A stretch of DNA of 64,000 bases, from the NCBI RefSeq assembly GCF_009914755.1, contig NC_060947.1; one strand, given 5' to 3'. Shown piece after piece: positions 13,775-27,596 of the stretch; within the stretch, counting starts at the first letter, position 1, and every line of letters begins with the position of its first letter. Below the pieces are notes generated by a model. It saw nothing but the letters and a program-made list of their open reading frames with translations. It was not told the origin of the DNA and did not search any database. The stretch is from the human T2T-CHM13v2.0 reference genome, Homo sapiens. The position numbers were made by a program, and so were the translations under genes.

Positions 13775-16700
13775 ATTATTTTTATTTTTTATTTAACTAA
13801 TTAAAAAAAATTTAAGTTCAGGAGATACGTGTGCAGGTCTGCTACATGGGTTTATTGTGTAATGATGAGGTTTCCTCCTGGTGAACCCGTCACCCAAATA
13901 GTGAACATAGCACATGATAGGGAGGTTTTTGAATCCTTTCCCCTCCCTGTCTCTCGCCTTTTGTAGTCACCAGTGTCTATTATTTCCATCTTTGTGTCTA
14001 CGCATGCCCATTCCATTTTTTATCTTCCACTTATCAGTGAGAACATATAATATTTGATTTTCTGCTTCTCAGTTATTTTACTTAGGAATAGTCTCCAGCT
14101 TCATCCATGTTGCAGCAAAGGGCATGATTTCATTCTTTTTTATGGCTGCATGGTATTCTGTGGTGCATACAAGCCACATTTTTTAATCTAGTCAACCACT
14201 GATGGATATTTAGGTTAGTTCCATGACTTTGCTATTGTGAATAGTGCTGCAGTAAACACACAAGTGCAGGTATCTGTTTGATGAAACAATTTCTTTTTCT
14301 TTGGGTAAATACCCAGTAATAGGATTGCTGGGTCAAATGGTAGTGGCTGTTCTATGTTTAGTCCTTTGAAAAGTCTACATACTGTTTTCCGTATGACTAA
14401 ACTAATTTACATTCCCACCAACAGTATATGAGCATTCTATTTTCTCTGCATCCTTGACAACATTTGTTAGTTTTTGACTTTTTATAATAGTCATTCTGAC
14501 TGGTGTGAGATGATATCTCATTGTGGTTTTAATTTGCATTTCTTTGATAATTAGTGATGTTGATCACTTATACACATGTTTATTGACCACGTGTATGTCT
14601 TCTTTTGAGAAATCTCTGTTTAGGTTCTTTGCCCACTTTTTGATGGATTTATTTGTGTTTTTTTGTTGTTGATTTGCTTAAGTTCTTTATATAATCTGAA
14701 TATTAGTCCCTTGTCAGATGCAGAGTTAGAAAACACTTTCTGTCATTTTGTAGGTTGACCGTTTACTTTTCTGATCATTTCTTTTGCTGTGCAGAAGCTC
14801 TTTAGTTTAAGTCCCACTGGACATATTTTTTGTTTTTATTGCATTTGCTTTTGAAGTCTTAATCATAAATTCTTAGCCTAAGCCAGTGTCCAGAATAATT
14901 TTTCTTAGATTTTCTTTTAGTATTTTTATACTTTCAGGTATTACATTTAAGTCTTTAATCCATTTTGAGTTAATTTTTGTACGTAATGAGAGCTAGTGGT
15001 CCAGTTTCATTCTTCTGCATATGCCTACCCAGTTTTCCTAGCACCATTTATTGAATAGAATATCCTTTCCCCATTGTTTATTTTTGACAACTTTGTCAAA
15101 GATCAGTTTCTTTTATGTATGTGGCTTTATTTGTGGGTTCCTTATTCTATCCCATTGATCTATGTGTGTATTTTTATACCAGTACCATGCTTCCTTGGTT
15201 ACTATAGCACTGTAATATAGTTTGAAGTCAGGTAACAAGATGCTTCCAGTTTTTTTGTTGTTGTTGTTTTGCTTGTTTACTTAGGATTGCTTTGGCTCTT
15301 CAGGATATTTTTGGTTTTCTATGAATTTTAGAATAGTTTTTTTCTAATTCTGTAAAAAATAACATTGGTAAATTGATAGAAATTGTGTTGCATCTGTAGA
15401 TTGATTTGGGCAGTATAGTCATGTAAATGATATTGATTTTTCTTATCCATGAGACTGGGATGTTTTGACATTTGTCTGTGTTATCTATAATTTCTTTCAT
15501 CAGTGTTTTGTAGTTCTCCTGTAGCAGTCTTTCGTTGCCTTGGTTAAATGCATTGTCAGGTATTTTTTGTTTATACAGCTATTGTAATTGGGATTTAGTT
15601 CCTGATTTGGTTTCAGTTTGAGTGTTGGTGCATAGAAATACAACTAATTTTTGTATGTTAATTTTGCATCCTGGACCTTTACTAAACTTCTTTATCAAGT
15701 CTTGGAGTATTTTGGAGGACTGTTTAGGATTTTCTGTGTATAAGATTATGTCATCAGCAGTCAGAGATAATTTGGCTTCTTTTTTTTTCCAATTTAGACG
15801 CCTTTTTTTTTCTTTCTTTTGCCTGATATCTCTGACTAGGGCTTCCAGTATTATGTTGAATAACAGTGGTGAAAGTGGACATCCTTGTCTTGCTTCAGTT
15901 CCTAGGGGAAATATTTTCAACTTTTCCACATGTGGTATAACACTGGCTGTGGGTTTATCATATATGGCTCTTATTATTTTGAAGTATGTTCCTTAAATGC
16001 TTAGTTTGTTGAGGGCTTTAGTTATAAAGGGATGTTGGGTATTATCAAATGCTTTGTCTGCCTCTATTGAGATGACCATATGGTTTTTTTTTAAATTCTG
16101 TTTATGTGGTTAATCAGATTTATTGATTTGTGTATTTTGAACTATCCTTTCATCTCTGCAATGAAACACACTTGATCATGATTAATTATGTTTTGTTTTA
16201 TTGCTGGATTCATTTGGCTAGTATTTTGTGGAGGATTTTTGTCTACATGTTCATCAGAGATATTGGCCTGTAATTTGTTGTCATTGTCGTTTGTGTCTTT
16301 ATTGAATCTTGCTATCAGGATGATACTGGTTTTGTAAAATTAGTTAGGAAGAAATTCTTCTTTCTTGACTTTTTGGAACAGTTTCAGTAAGATTGGTACC
16401 AGCTCTTCTTTATCTGACAGAATTTGACTATGAATCTGCTTGGTTCTATTTTCTCTTTTGGTAGAAATTTTATTACTAATTCATTTTCATACCTCATTAT
16501 TTTCCTGTACAGAATTTCAACTTCTTCCTGGTTCAATATTGAGAGACTGTATATTTCCAGGATTTTTTCCATTTCCCCTAGGTTTTCTCGTTTGTGTGCA
16601 TACTTATGTTCATAGCAGTCTCTAAGAAGCTTTTGTATTTCTGTAATATTATTCATAATGTGAAAGTTGTTAAGATCTTTATTTTTTTTATGTAGGCATT

Positions 16701-17996
16701 TAGTGCTATAAACTTTCCCCTTAACACTTTCTGTATCACAGAAGTTTCAGTATGTTATTTCTCTGTTTCCATTTACTTCATTTTTTAAATTTCTGCCTTT
16801 TATTGCTTACACAAAAATTATTCAGAATGAAGTTAGTTTCTATGTTCTTGTGTGGTTTTGAGAGTTTCTCTCAGTATTGATTTCTAGTTTTATTTCACTG
16901 TGATCTGAAAAGGTGCTTGATATGATTGAGATTTTTAAAAAATGATTGTGACTTTATTTATGACCAAGCATATGATCAATTTTAGAGTTCCATGTACAGA
17001 TGAGAAAAAATTATATATCTTTTTAGCGTAATTTTGTGTAGATGTGTATTGGGTCTATTGTTCAGGAGTCCAATTTAATTCCAGAGTTTATTTGTTAGTT
17101 TTCTGCCTCAGTGATCTGTCTAGTGCTTCTAGTAGGGTTTTAAAGCTCCCTACTAGTATTATATGAATGCCTGTCTCTTTACTGGGTCTAGTAATATTTG
17201 TTTTATTACTCGGTGTTCTCTGGTGTTGGGTGTATATATGTTTAGAATAATTAAATTTTCTTGTTTAATTGAGCCATTTAGCATTATATGATGCCTTTCT
17301 TTGTCTTTTTTTATTTTACTGTTGTTTTAAAGTCTATTTTATCTGATACAAGAATATCAACCCCTGCTTCTTTTTTGTTTTTCATTTGTGTGATATATCT
17401 TTTTCTACTCCATTATTCTGAGTTTGTGGGGGTCATTACATGTTTGGTGGGTTTTTGAAGGCAACAGATGGTTGGGTCATCTTTAAATCCAATTTGCCAA
17501 TCTACATCTTTTAAGTGGAGTATTTAGGCCATTTATGTTAAAAGTTAATATTGATATGTGAGGTTTTGTTCCTGTCATAGTGTTTTTGACTAGATACAGT
17601 GTAGTCTCAATTGTGTAACTGCTTTAGAGGACCTGTGGATTTTGTCTGTAAGTGTGCTTTTATGGTAGCAAGTATTGTCTTTTTTTTCCATGTTTAAAAC
17701 TCCTTTGAGCATTTCTTACATGATTGGTCTGGTTGTGATGAATTCCCTTAGCATTTGCTTATCTGGGAAATTTTTAACTTCTTCTTTAAGAGGCTTAGTT
17801 TGGCAGGATATGCAATTCTTGGTTGACATTTATTTTTCTTAAGAAGTCTAAAAATAGGCCCCCAATCTCATCTGGCTTGTAAAGTTTCTCCTGGGAAGTC
17901 TGCTCTTAACTCTGTTTTGATTTCCTTTATAGGTAATTTGACCCTTTTCTCTAGCTGTTTTTAATATTCTTTTCTTTAGCATTGACCTTAGATAGT
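13775..17996 (-). mobile_element. L1PA13-16-like LINE-1, truncated within ORF1; L1 part of the U6/L1 chimera
   Basis: 3'UTR (tttaagttcaggagatacgtgtgcagg); ORF2 peptides ([22 protein letters not shown]); ORF2 start (rc of cctgtcat, about 17578); ORF1 C-terminal half up to 17996. Confidence 0.95.
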
Positions 17997-18102
17997 ACAA
18001 ATACAGAATGCTTCATACATTTGCATGTTATCTTTGCCAGGGGGCATTCTAATCTTCTCTGTATTGTTCTAATTTTAGTATATGTGCTTCTGAAATGAGC
18101 AC
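17997..18102 (-). pseudogene. Full-length U6 snRNA retrocopy fused to the L1 5' end
   Basis: Reverse complement aligns over the whole ~106-nt U6 with about 19 differences by eye; ACAGAGA box retained (tctctgt, 18056-18062). Confidence 0.95.
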
Positions 18103-19804
18103 CTTTTATTTATTCTTAACAGAAACTTAAATATGTCATAACACAGATATATTTGCTGTACCCTAAGAATTAACTTTTCATTGTATTGATAAATACGTGT
18201 AACTTTGGTTCATACAGACATGTTTGTTTAGTTTGGTCAACTTATTGACCAATGGAAAGCATGATGTTTAGATATTGTTACAGTTGTAATGTCAATTTAA
18301 ACATGATAAAAAATTCATAATTAATAATTTCTCTATTTCACAGAAAAGAAAATAAGAAATTAAATATTTACAAACACCAAGTATTTCTAGACACTATCCT
18401 TTACATATATTGTCCAATATAAGCTTCAAAGCAAACTTACCATGGTTTTTTATTTTTTATTTTCCTGCTTTCTCATAGGAGGAAATTAGAGGACAGAGTA
18501 AATAAATAACATTTCCATTATGATACAAACTGACTCCACCATCCATTTTCTTCACAATTTATCTCACTGACTCCCATTCACTGTAGGCAGGACCACTGTG
18601 AATTTTGAAAGCTTCTTTCTCAAAACAAATTACACTTTTATGTGTCATTTTCAAATGTTTTTTCTTTATCATTTTAGAGAAAAGAAACTGTGTAATTAAT
18701 ATTATGCTGCTGTGTTTCTGTGTAGTTTCCAGAAATTATCTACTACTACCATCTCTTTACTTGCAAATCAGTCCTCTTTCTCTGTAATTTCTCCCTTTAT
18801 TTTAAGACATTGAAATGTTTAAAACATAGAAGAATTAAAAATGTAGAAACATTTAAGAAATGGAAAGGCAAGGAAGCCTCAAATTTTGTTATGTTTATCT
18901 TTATTATGAGCAATTTCCACATATAAGGTTTCTAATAGAACATTATTTTTACTTTTCTCAATGACTTAAAATTTATCTACATTAAATCTATCATATTTTA
19001 CATTTGTCCTTCAGTGCAGGAAATATTAATATAATTTTAATAGGGTTGATAAAATAATATTAACACCATAAAACAATCCAACCAAAAAACATAGAAGCCA
19101 CATTATTTTTATTTGATCATTATACCAGCTTATTAAAAAAATCAGAGAAGAATAGGCATTATGTGATATTTCAAGGTGAACAGGCTTGATTAATATCAGA
19201 GAAGGAATGCCATTCCAAGTATCTTAATCTTATATTTTGTGCTCTTATTAAAATGCCATTTTCTAAAAAAGTTTCCTATTTTGTATATTCTTGGGGAATG
19301 AAAAACAGAGAAAAAGAACAATGCTTTAAAGGAAAATAAAGTACAAATTATAATAAAGTTTGAAGATAAAATAAACATTCTATAATTAACCTAATAATTA
19401 TGATGAGCCAGAGTAAAATCCACATATACCACCCAGACTAAGGAAGTTTTGATCTAATTTAGGCATCTTTTTAAATTCATTCCTTACATAGTGAGAACCC
19501 ATTTAGACCATTGGCTGTAACTGATGAAACCACATTTATTACCACTACGGATTTCTCATGCCTGCTTATCTTGGCCCATGTTCTCAATTCTGTACCGGGT
19601 GGAAAAAAAAAATTCTTTATTAGTTTATTCACTGCTGATAATGGTTGAACTCTTGCCCTGGCCCTGAAAAGAAGTGCAATGTGTTCCAACTATCTTATTA
19701 TTTAGCATCCACAATGGCTACACAGCCATTGTGTAGCCTGGATCCAAAACTACACTTCATATGACGCACGCAATAGAAGTAGCTAGAAAACTTTTATTCC
19801 AGTG

Positions 19805-20052
19805 ATAATTATAGCTAACATTTTATATTGAGTAATTATTGTATGCAAGGCATTATTTTAAGTGCCTCATAAAAACATAATTACATTTAATCCTTACAAC
19901 AATTCCGGGAGGTAGGTATTATTATCCTCCATTTACTAATGAAAAATCTGAGACCTAAAATGATTGAAAACCTAGTAAATGGTAGAACCATAGTTCAATC
20001 CTAGATTTTTTGACTCTAGAGATTTAGCTTTTAGCCATTATGCTACATCATC
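19805..20052 (-). mobile_element. MIR
   Basis: atagctaacattt...atttaatccttacaacaa...gaggtaggtattattatcctccattt...tgactctaga. Confidence 0.85.
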
Positions 20053-21489
20053 TCCTTTTTAAGTTATTTCAGTATAAAGTGGGACATACCATATTTATAA
20101 CTTTCATGGGACTAAGTAAACAAAGTGTTCCAGGGTCTTGTTCTTCAAAAGGTTACACTGAATATAGTGAAAATTCTGATATTAGGTGAGAAAAAAACAA
20201 GGCATTAATCAAAACATTAGTCAAAACTATATGTATTTGAAAGATTTTTTACAGTGGTTGCTTGGAATACCAACAATAGGAGCAAAGTATAAAAATCCAA
20301 ATAGCTCTTTCTGTGTATCAGTATAATTTCATTTGTATTCATTTTTCAATCTTGCAAAGATTGTGGAAACAGGAAATGACAGTCATGTAAGTGGTGAACA
20401 TACTCAAATACTGGAAACAACATTAAAAATTCAACTGAGTAAACTAAAAATTTCATGCTAACATTGTAATTTTTATGGAGGATATCCTCATAATATATAT
20501 TTCTCTATTATTTAATTTTTAAAGACTTAATAAGTTAATTGAGATGTGTACTTTTCCACAAAAGTATTATAATTGTTTCTATGATTTAACTGTTATTTTA
20601 TTAAGTATAATTGTTTTGGTTTTGTAAAATTATGTAATTTTGTGTATTATGAACTTTAAACAACAAATTTAATTTCATACAAAGCTTTCATAATATTCTA
20701 TAGTTCAAGCTGCAATTCTATGTTACAACGTTACTCTAAAAAAAATTCAAGCATCCACTTAGAATTCTGATAGTTGATTTTGAATTCTGCAGGATTGTTT
20801 TAATGTAAGAGACTTATCAGAGGTAAGAAAATAAAGTCATTGTTATATGAGCCATGAAAAAAGACTAGATAATACCAAATATAAATTGTTAAGTAGAATA
20901 AAGTGCAGGAGCCTCCAGGGATAATTTGTTAATAATTAAAAATACATACCTTTAGGATAAGACTAAAAAATCTGAGCCTATCTAAAAAAGACAGAAAACA
21001 ATCAGAATATTACAGAATATTAAAAAATAATATTATGACATATTAAATGGATACTAAACATTAAAATTCCCAAAGGAAAATAATAATATCAGATTTTATA
21101 GTTCACAATGTATTAAGTACCTAAAGCATGTTTACATTTATGCAAATTTGAGACATATGTGTATATAAGCTTGTATGTCTATATATGTATTTCAACATTA
21201 CTTTATAGTCATTCCTTATATTCCCCCAAATTGAAAAATAAATAAATAATAGAATAAACATATTACTTAGAAATATTAAAAAATACCACAAAAATCTTAG
21301 AAGAATTGAGTATGGTTGAATCTAGGGAGAAGAATTTCAGGGTCAGAAGGGATTGAGCCAAGCAACTGCTGATTCTCATTATAAGGTTTGTAGAATTTGC
21401 TTTATGTTCAAATTTTGTACATGTATAACTTTAAAAGAACAAAAAGATCAAATTTAAAATATAACGTTCTTTTTTCTCTAAATAACTAA

Positions 21490-24440
21490 TTAGAGGCTTT
21501 TAGCATGCTTTAGGCACTTGGAGATAGCAAGATAGTGCATAAAGATGAACTCTTCTTTGAGAAGAAAAAAATTGGAATCCACTAGAATCATACAGGACAC
21601 CACAGATCCCAAGAAGAACGCTAGTAAACAGCCCCTGTGATGGTATCTGGCTGATACAAGTGAGTGAAGCCCCAGTATGTGAAAGAGGGAGAGAGCCTCC
21701 CTCGGTGACTCACCTTTTCCCTGGACATTTGAGCAACCAAGGCTGAAGGAGAGCACTTTGTTTCTCCCAAGCCCTGGCAGCAACTTGAGGATAGGCTTGG
21801 AGATACTGTGAGGAAAAGATACCAGGAAAAGCTTCAGGTATTTTCTCAAACATGGGACTGAGAGCAGGATGCCACTTTTAATCAAGGTGCATAGTCAGCC
21901 ATTCTTTGGTGACCCACAAACATGGCCATGCAGGCATTTCAGTGTCAGGCCAAAGACTGGAGTTCTCTCTCTGGAGTGGGGTAAGGGCCTCCTTAGCCAG
22001 AGCTATGGAAAGCAGCAGTAGATGCTGGGATTATGCTCTCCCCAGTCACAATCCTGGGGCAGGAGGAGAGCTGCTACAGCTGCAGTTTCTCCTGGATGGC
22101 AAGGACTGCAGTCAGGGCCAGCTTGGTGACCTAGAACTGGTCCATATGTGCTATTGCTGGATGCCCCAGCCTGCACTCCTGACATCTTGTGTAGCAAGGC
22201 CCTCTTTGCTCCAACTCCAGACAGAAATCTAGGCATTTGGAGCATCCTCTTGTCTGGTTCAGCAGCCAAGTGGCATCCTGCTCTTAGTCCTTACTCTTTC
22301 TGAACATAGATTGTGGAGGAGAAAGGACCTGTCTGCTCCACTACCAAAGCAGATATTCAGGTATTTGGAACATCAGCTCAGCTGGATGAGCAGCCTGAAC
22401 TTCCCCACCCTTCCTGTGCAGAGATCCTTGTGCAGGTGGGGGTTGTGGGAGTGGAGCTCACTTTTACAAGCTCAGGCAGATTTCCAGGAATTCAGAGCAC
22501 CTGCTAGTCTGGTTCAGCAGCCTGAGTTGCCCCACCTCTCCTGTGCAGACATCTTGGTGCAGGGGACCCACTCTACTTCAAGCCAAGGAAGACTTCTTGG
22601 CATCTGAAGAACACACTCTCCTGTATTAGGAGATTAGGCCACCTCTCATTAATGTGCAGAGATTTTGGGGCTGAGGAGGTTCCTCAGCTCCATGCCTAGG
22701 CACATCTCTGAGTGCTTGGTGGTGACCCATGGGATTTTCTCTCACTGAAAGTGCTTGTGGCTGCCATCAGGGGACCTGTAGGCAGAACTGCCCAGTCTGG
22801 CCCCATTTATCACTGTCCACAACAATGCAGGGTTCTGCAGAGGGCTCAGTTCACTAAACATTCTAGTAATCAGCCAATTGCCTGAGGCAACAGAGAGCTT
22901 CTGCCAGTAAACAATAATGTATACAGAACTGCGTTGGCTGCAGCCAGCTCTTACCCCTATAAGTACTCTCTGCTGGCTGGTACATTGAACTGCACAGACC
23001 AATATAAAACCTGCCAAAAGAAGTGCATGGGGCTATAGAGGCAAAGCCAAAGGACACTACCCAGCATTCTCTACAGTTGTACCCCTAGGGAGGGGAGAAA
23101 AGGGAATGGGAAAAATATTGTTATAGGGGAAGAAATAAAAAGAAAAAAATCCTACCAGCATTAAAATAATTACAAAAATTTAATGTGCCACCATCTCCAG
23201 ATGAGAAGGAACCAGCACAAAAATTCTAACACTGTAAAAAATCTGAATGTGATGACACCATCAAAGGATCACACTAGCTCTCTAGCAATGGAATCTAACA
23301 AAAAGGGAAATTCACAAATTACAGATAAATAATTCAAAGCATGGATTGCAAGAAAGCTCAATGAGATCCAAGACAAGGTTAAAAATTAACACAAACTTCT
23401 AAAGCAATCCATGAAATGAAGAAAGAGATAGACATCTTAAAAATCAATCAGAGCTTCTGGAATAGAAAAACCTCTCCTAAGAATTTAAAATGCAATTGAA
23501 AGCTTTATCAATAATCTAGAAAGAACAAAAGAAAGAATTTCAGAGCTGGATGACTGGTCCTTCAAGTTAACCCAGTTACACGGAAATAAAGAAAAAAGAA
23601 TTTTAAGAAATAAAAATTTCTTCAAGAAATACAGGATTATATAAAGTGACCAAACCTATGAATTAATGGCATTCCTGAGAGAAGGGAAAAAAAGCAAACC
23701 ACCTGGAAAACATATTTGAGGAAATAATTCAAGCAAATCCCTCTAATCTTGCTAGAGAGGCAGACATCCAAATAAAAAAGAAATCCAGAGAACACCTGTG
23801 AGATACTATAAAAATGAACATGGCCAAGGCACAGAGTCACCAGACTGTCCAAAATAAATGCTACAGAAAAAATATTAAGGCCAACTAAAGAAAAAGATCA
23901 GATCATGTACAAAGGCATCTCCATCAGGTTACATGTGAAGTTCTCAGCAGAAATCTTATAAGCCAGGAGAGACTGGGGATCTATTTCTAGCAATATTCAA
24001 GTAAAGAAATTCCTACGAAGAATTTAATATCCCAGCAAACTAAGCTTCAAAAATGAAGGAGAAATAAAATCTTTTCAGATAAACAAGTTCTAAGGGAATT
24101 TATTACCCCTAGACCAACATTAGAAGAGATTATTAAGGGATTTCTAAATATGGAAATGAAAGAATGATGCCTGTGACCACAATAACACATTTAAGTACAT
24201 AGCCCATAGACCCTCTAAAGCAACCACACAATAGAAACTACAAAGAAATCAGCTAACTACTTTACGATAGGATCAAAACCTCACATATCAATATTAACCT
24301 TGAATGCAAATGGTCTAAATAGCCAACTTCAAAAGCAGAGAGGGGCAAGTTGAATTAAAAAAAAAAAAAACAAGACCAATCCAACTGCTGTCTTCAAGAG
24401 ACCAATCTCACACAAAACAACATTCATAGGCTCAAAGTAT
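21490..24440 (+). mobile_element. Old L1P (L1PA16/L1PB-like) 5'UTR, ORF1 and start of ORF2; 3' part missing
   Basis: GC-richer 5'UTR with internal tandem units; ORF1 start atgagaaggaaccagcac at 23201; ORF2 start-like acgataggatcaaaacctcacatatca at about 24264; ends at cataggctcaaagta. Confidence 0.88.
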
Positions 24441-24581
24441 GTTACAATTCAAATATAATGTAATGGTCTCCTTTATACTTTAACCTGGCTTAAATAGAAG
24501 TGTGTCTTAATTATATTATTGTCTAAATTTTTGGTATGCCTGAATTATATCATAATAACATAATAAAATATAAGTATATAA

Positions 24582-24880
<299 letters not shown>

Positions 24881-24899
24881 TATAAGTGTACTTTTTAAA

Positions 24900-25060
24900 T
24901 TTAAATTTTATAATTAAAAGTGTAATTTTATAATGTAAATATAATGCAATAATTTAAATATTATAATTTAATAATTTAATATTGTAATTTAATAATTTAA
25001 TATTATAATTTAACAATTTAAATATTATAATGCAAATATAATGTAATAAAATATAAGTAA
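24900..25060. repeat. AT-rich low-complexity tandem repeat (~22-bp unit taatttaataatttaatatta)
   Basis: About 3-4 degenerate copies visible at 24950-25030. Confidence 0.8.
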
Positions 25061-26245
25061 GGATTAAAAAATAATAGCATAGACTGCATGGTGCAGAATA
25101 TAACTTCATGATACCTGGAGATCTGTAAGATTATAGACTCCCATCCTGAACCTGGCTTGTAGCTTAATAAGAACAGCAGAATTCCTAATATTCCTGTGTG
25201 TAAAACATATCCAATCTCCTAGGCTCCTTAAATTAAAGAAAGGTCTCAGTTGTCATTTTTATTATGTTAGAGGTTCCTTTACATGTCTTATGTTTGTATA
25301 AGAAAAGAAAATCTTATTGGGATTTGCTGCTTGTATGAATATTGCAAAAGTGATTAACGTAAACAATATGTATATTGGAATTATGAAATTTCATGAAGAG
25401 AAGAAACATTTAGCTAAAATTTTATCTGTTCAAGTTAAATCCTGTTAGGAAATTAACTACTTTATGGTTCTGAACCAATATTTAAATTAGTATTTTTTTT
25501 TTTTAAGCTTACAGCCATAAATTTAAAGTGAGTCGAGTCTGGGTGGTTTGAGTTTTTTTCTGTTTATCAGCTCATATATGTAGGCATAAATTAGAGGGAA
25601 AGATGGCTTTAATCACAGTTGGGGCGTTTCCAGGAAAATATGTTGGCAAGAGAGAGTGTGTGTGATTTACACATGTACATGAATCACATTAAAATATTTG
25701 ATTGTTTTAATGTAGGAAACATCAAGTTCAAATCTGTGTAACTTTTACTGCGGTGAAATAAAGTTCTGACATAAAACATAAAATGCTAGTGTTTCATACA
25801 TAGATTTCCTCATTAGATTTATTATATGAAAATTTGAATATGGGCAGCGATGCACTGAAAAATAAAATGAAATGTGTGTTACAGTTTAATTTAGAGGTCT
25901 CCATATTGTAATCAGCTTAATGCCCTGGGACAACTACTAAAAATACAGTTTTGATTTATGTTTTAGTAATATAAATGTTTAAGATCATATATGCACTATT
26001 CTTTCTTAAGAATTTGTTTTGTTCTTTCTGCACACACACAACATCATAATGACAATGACTTTCTGATGTGTACACATATCTAAAGTTATTCCAAAGTTAA
26101 CTTCAGGTTGTTGACAGATTGCTTCTCTTGGGTTCTTTGGGGACTGGATTGAAGCTTGGCTTTTGAGAAGGGAGACTTTCATACTTAAGAATGCAGTTTT
26201 TAGACTATCTCACAAGGAATCAAGACTGTTTTTTGAAGAACCATA

Positions 26246-26598
26246 TTTTTGTTTTTAACTTTTAAGTTCAGGGGTATGTGTGCAGAATGTGCAGGTTTGT
26301 TACATAGGTAAATGTGTGTCATGGGGTTTGTTGTACAGGGTATTTCATCACCCAGGTATTGAGTCTGGTATCCATTAGTTATTTTTCCTGATCCTATCCC
26401 TCCTCCCACCTTCCACCCTCCGATAGGCCCCAGTGTGTGTTGTTCCCCTCTATGTGTCTGTGAGTTCTCATCATTTAGCTCCCACTTATGAGAGAGAACA
26501 TGTGGTATTTGGTTTTCTGTTCCTGTGTTAGTTGTTAAGGATAATGTTAAGGATAATGGCCTGACGTTCCTTCCATGTCCTGCAAAGGAAATGACCTC
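26246..26598 (-). mobile_element. Short L1PA10-13-like 3' end
   Basis: ttttaagttcaggggtatgtgtgcagaatgtgcagg...catgtcctgcaaagga; approximate TSD aagaaccatat / aagaaaccacat. Confidence 0.92.
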
Positions 26599-26969
26599 AA
26601 GAAACCACATGTTTAAAATGTATTTAACATCTCTGGGTTAGTGGTTTCCCTAAATGGATGTCAATTCCTTTCATTGAGTAAATATTGGTTGAAGTCCCAG
26701 ATACTCTCTTAGGACTCCAGGATACAACAGCAAGCAAGACAGTTTATGTCTGTGCTTATTATAGAGTTTACGTTCTGGCAGCTTTGGCCATAAAAAAGTT
26801 TCCTTCCCCATATGTAAAAGAATATTTCCTGGAATAATAATAATAACACATAGGCTCAAAAACATGGTTAGATGCAATAAAATATTTTTTATTTGAATTC
26901 TGTTTATTGGACTGGCTGCTCAGAGACACTTCTTAATGCCTTCATTTCAATATACAGACACAGTTTTCC

Positions 26970-27215
26970 AAATGAATACATACTCTATGCCAGGCATTGT
27001 GCCAGGTAATTCACACATATTATCTCACTTAAGTCTTGCAAAAAACCAGAGGAAATAAAAAATTATTTCAATTTTTTTAGACAGGAAAAATGACAGTAAG
27101 AAAAGTGAAATAATAATCAAATTTAATTACTTTAGTTGTTAGTGGTCACATTGGGCTACAAATCAAGGTTAATTCCACTTCACAACCCCAATACACTCTA
27201 CCACCCTGCAGCACT
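26970..27215 (-). mobile_element. MIR
   Basis: tactctatgccaggcattgtgccagg...attatctcacttaagtctt. Confidence 0.65.
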
Positions 27216-27244
27216 GCAGGAAAGCCCTTATAACACATCATATA

Positions 27245-27596
27245 CAGTATTTCCCCCTTACCTACAGGGGATATGTTCCAAGAACCCCTGATGGATGCCT
27301 GAAACAGCAGATAGCATCAAAGCCTGTTACACTGTTTTATTTATATGATAACCAAGGCTGCTATTAAGTGACTAATGGGCTCTAGCATAGCCACCATGGA
27401 TATGTTGGACAAAGAAATAATCTCTGGGCATGAGAGAGTGAAACAGCATCAATGTTATCATGCTACTCAGAATGGCATGACAATTTAAAACTTATGAATT
27501 GTTTATGGAATTTTGCATTTTGTATTTTTGGACCACAGTTGATGGCAGATAGCTGAATCTATGGAAAGCAAAACCATGGATAAGGGGGAAGTGTAG
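27245..27596 (-). mobile_element. MER44-like (Tigger7-derived) non-autonomous DNA transposon
   Basis: Terminal inverted repeats cagtatttcccccttacc / ggataagggggaagtg; TA flanks; ggatatgttccaagaacccc. Confidence 0.85.

Noticed and set aside
17997-18102. Functional U6 gene
   Set aside because: About 18% diverged, fused to L1, and no recognisable upstream PSE/TATA promoter arrangement
22205-22730. Spaced repeats resembling a CRISPR array
   Set aside because: Eukaryotic L1 5'UTR; whole units are degenerate copies, there are no unique spacers and no cas genes
17400-24440. Minus-strand L1 (to 17996) and plus-strand L1 5' half as one element split by inversion
   Set aside because: They overlap in ORF1 and the ORF2 start and differ in sequence there, and the minus copy is capped by U6, so they are independent insertions
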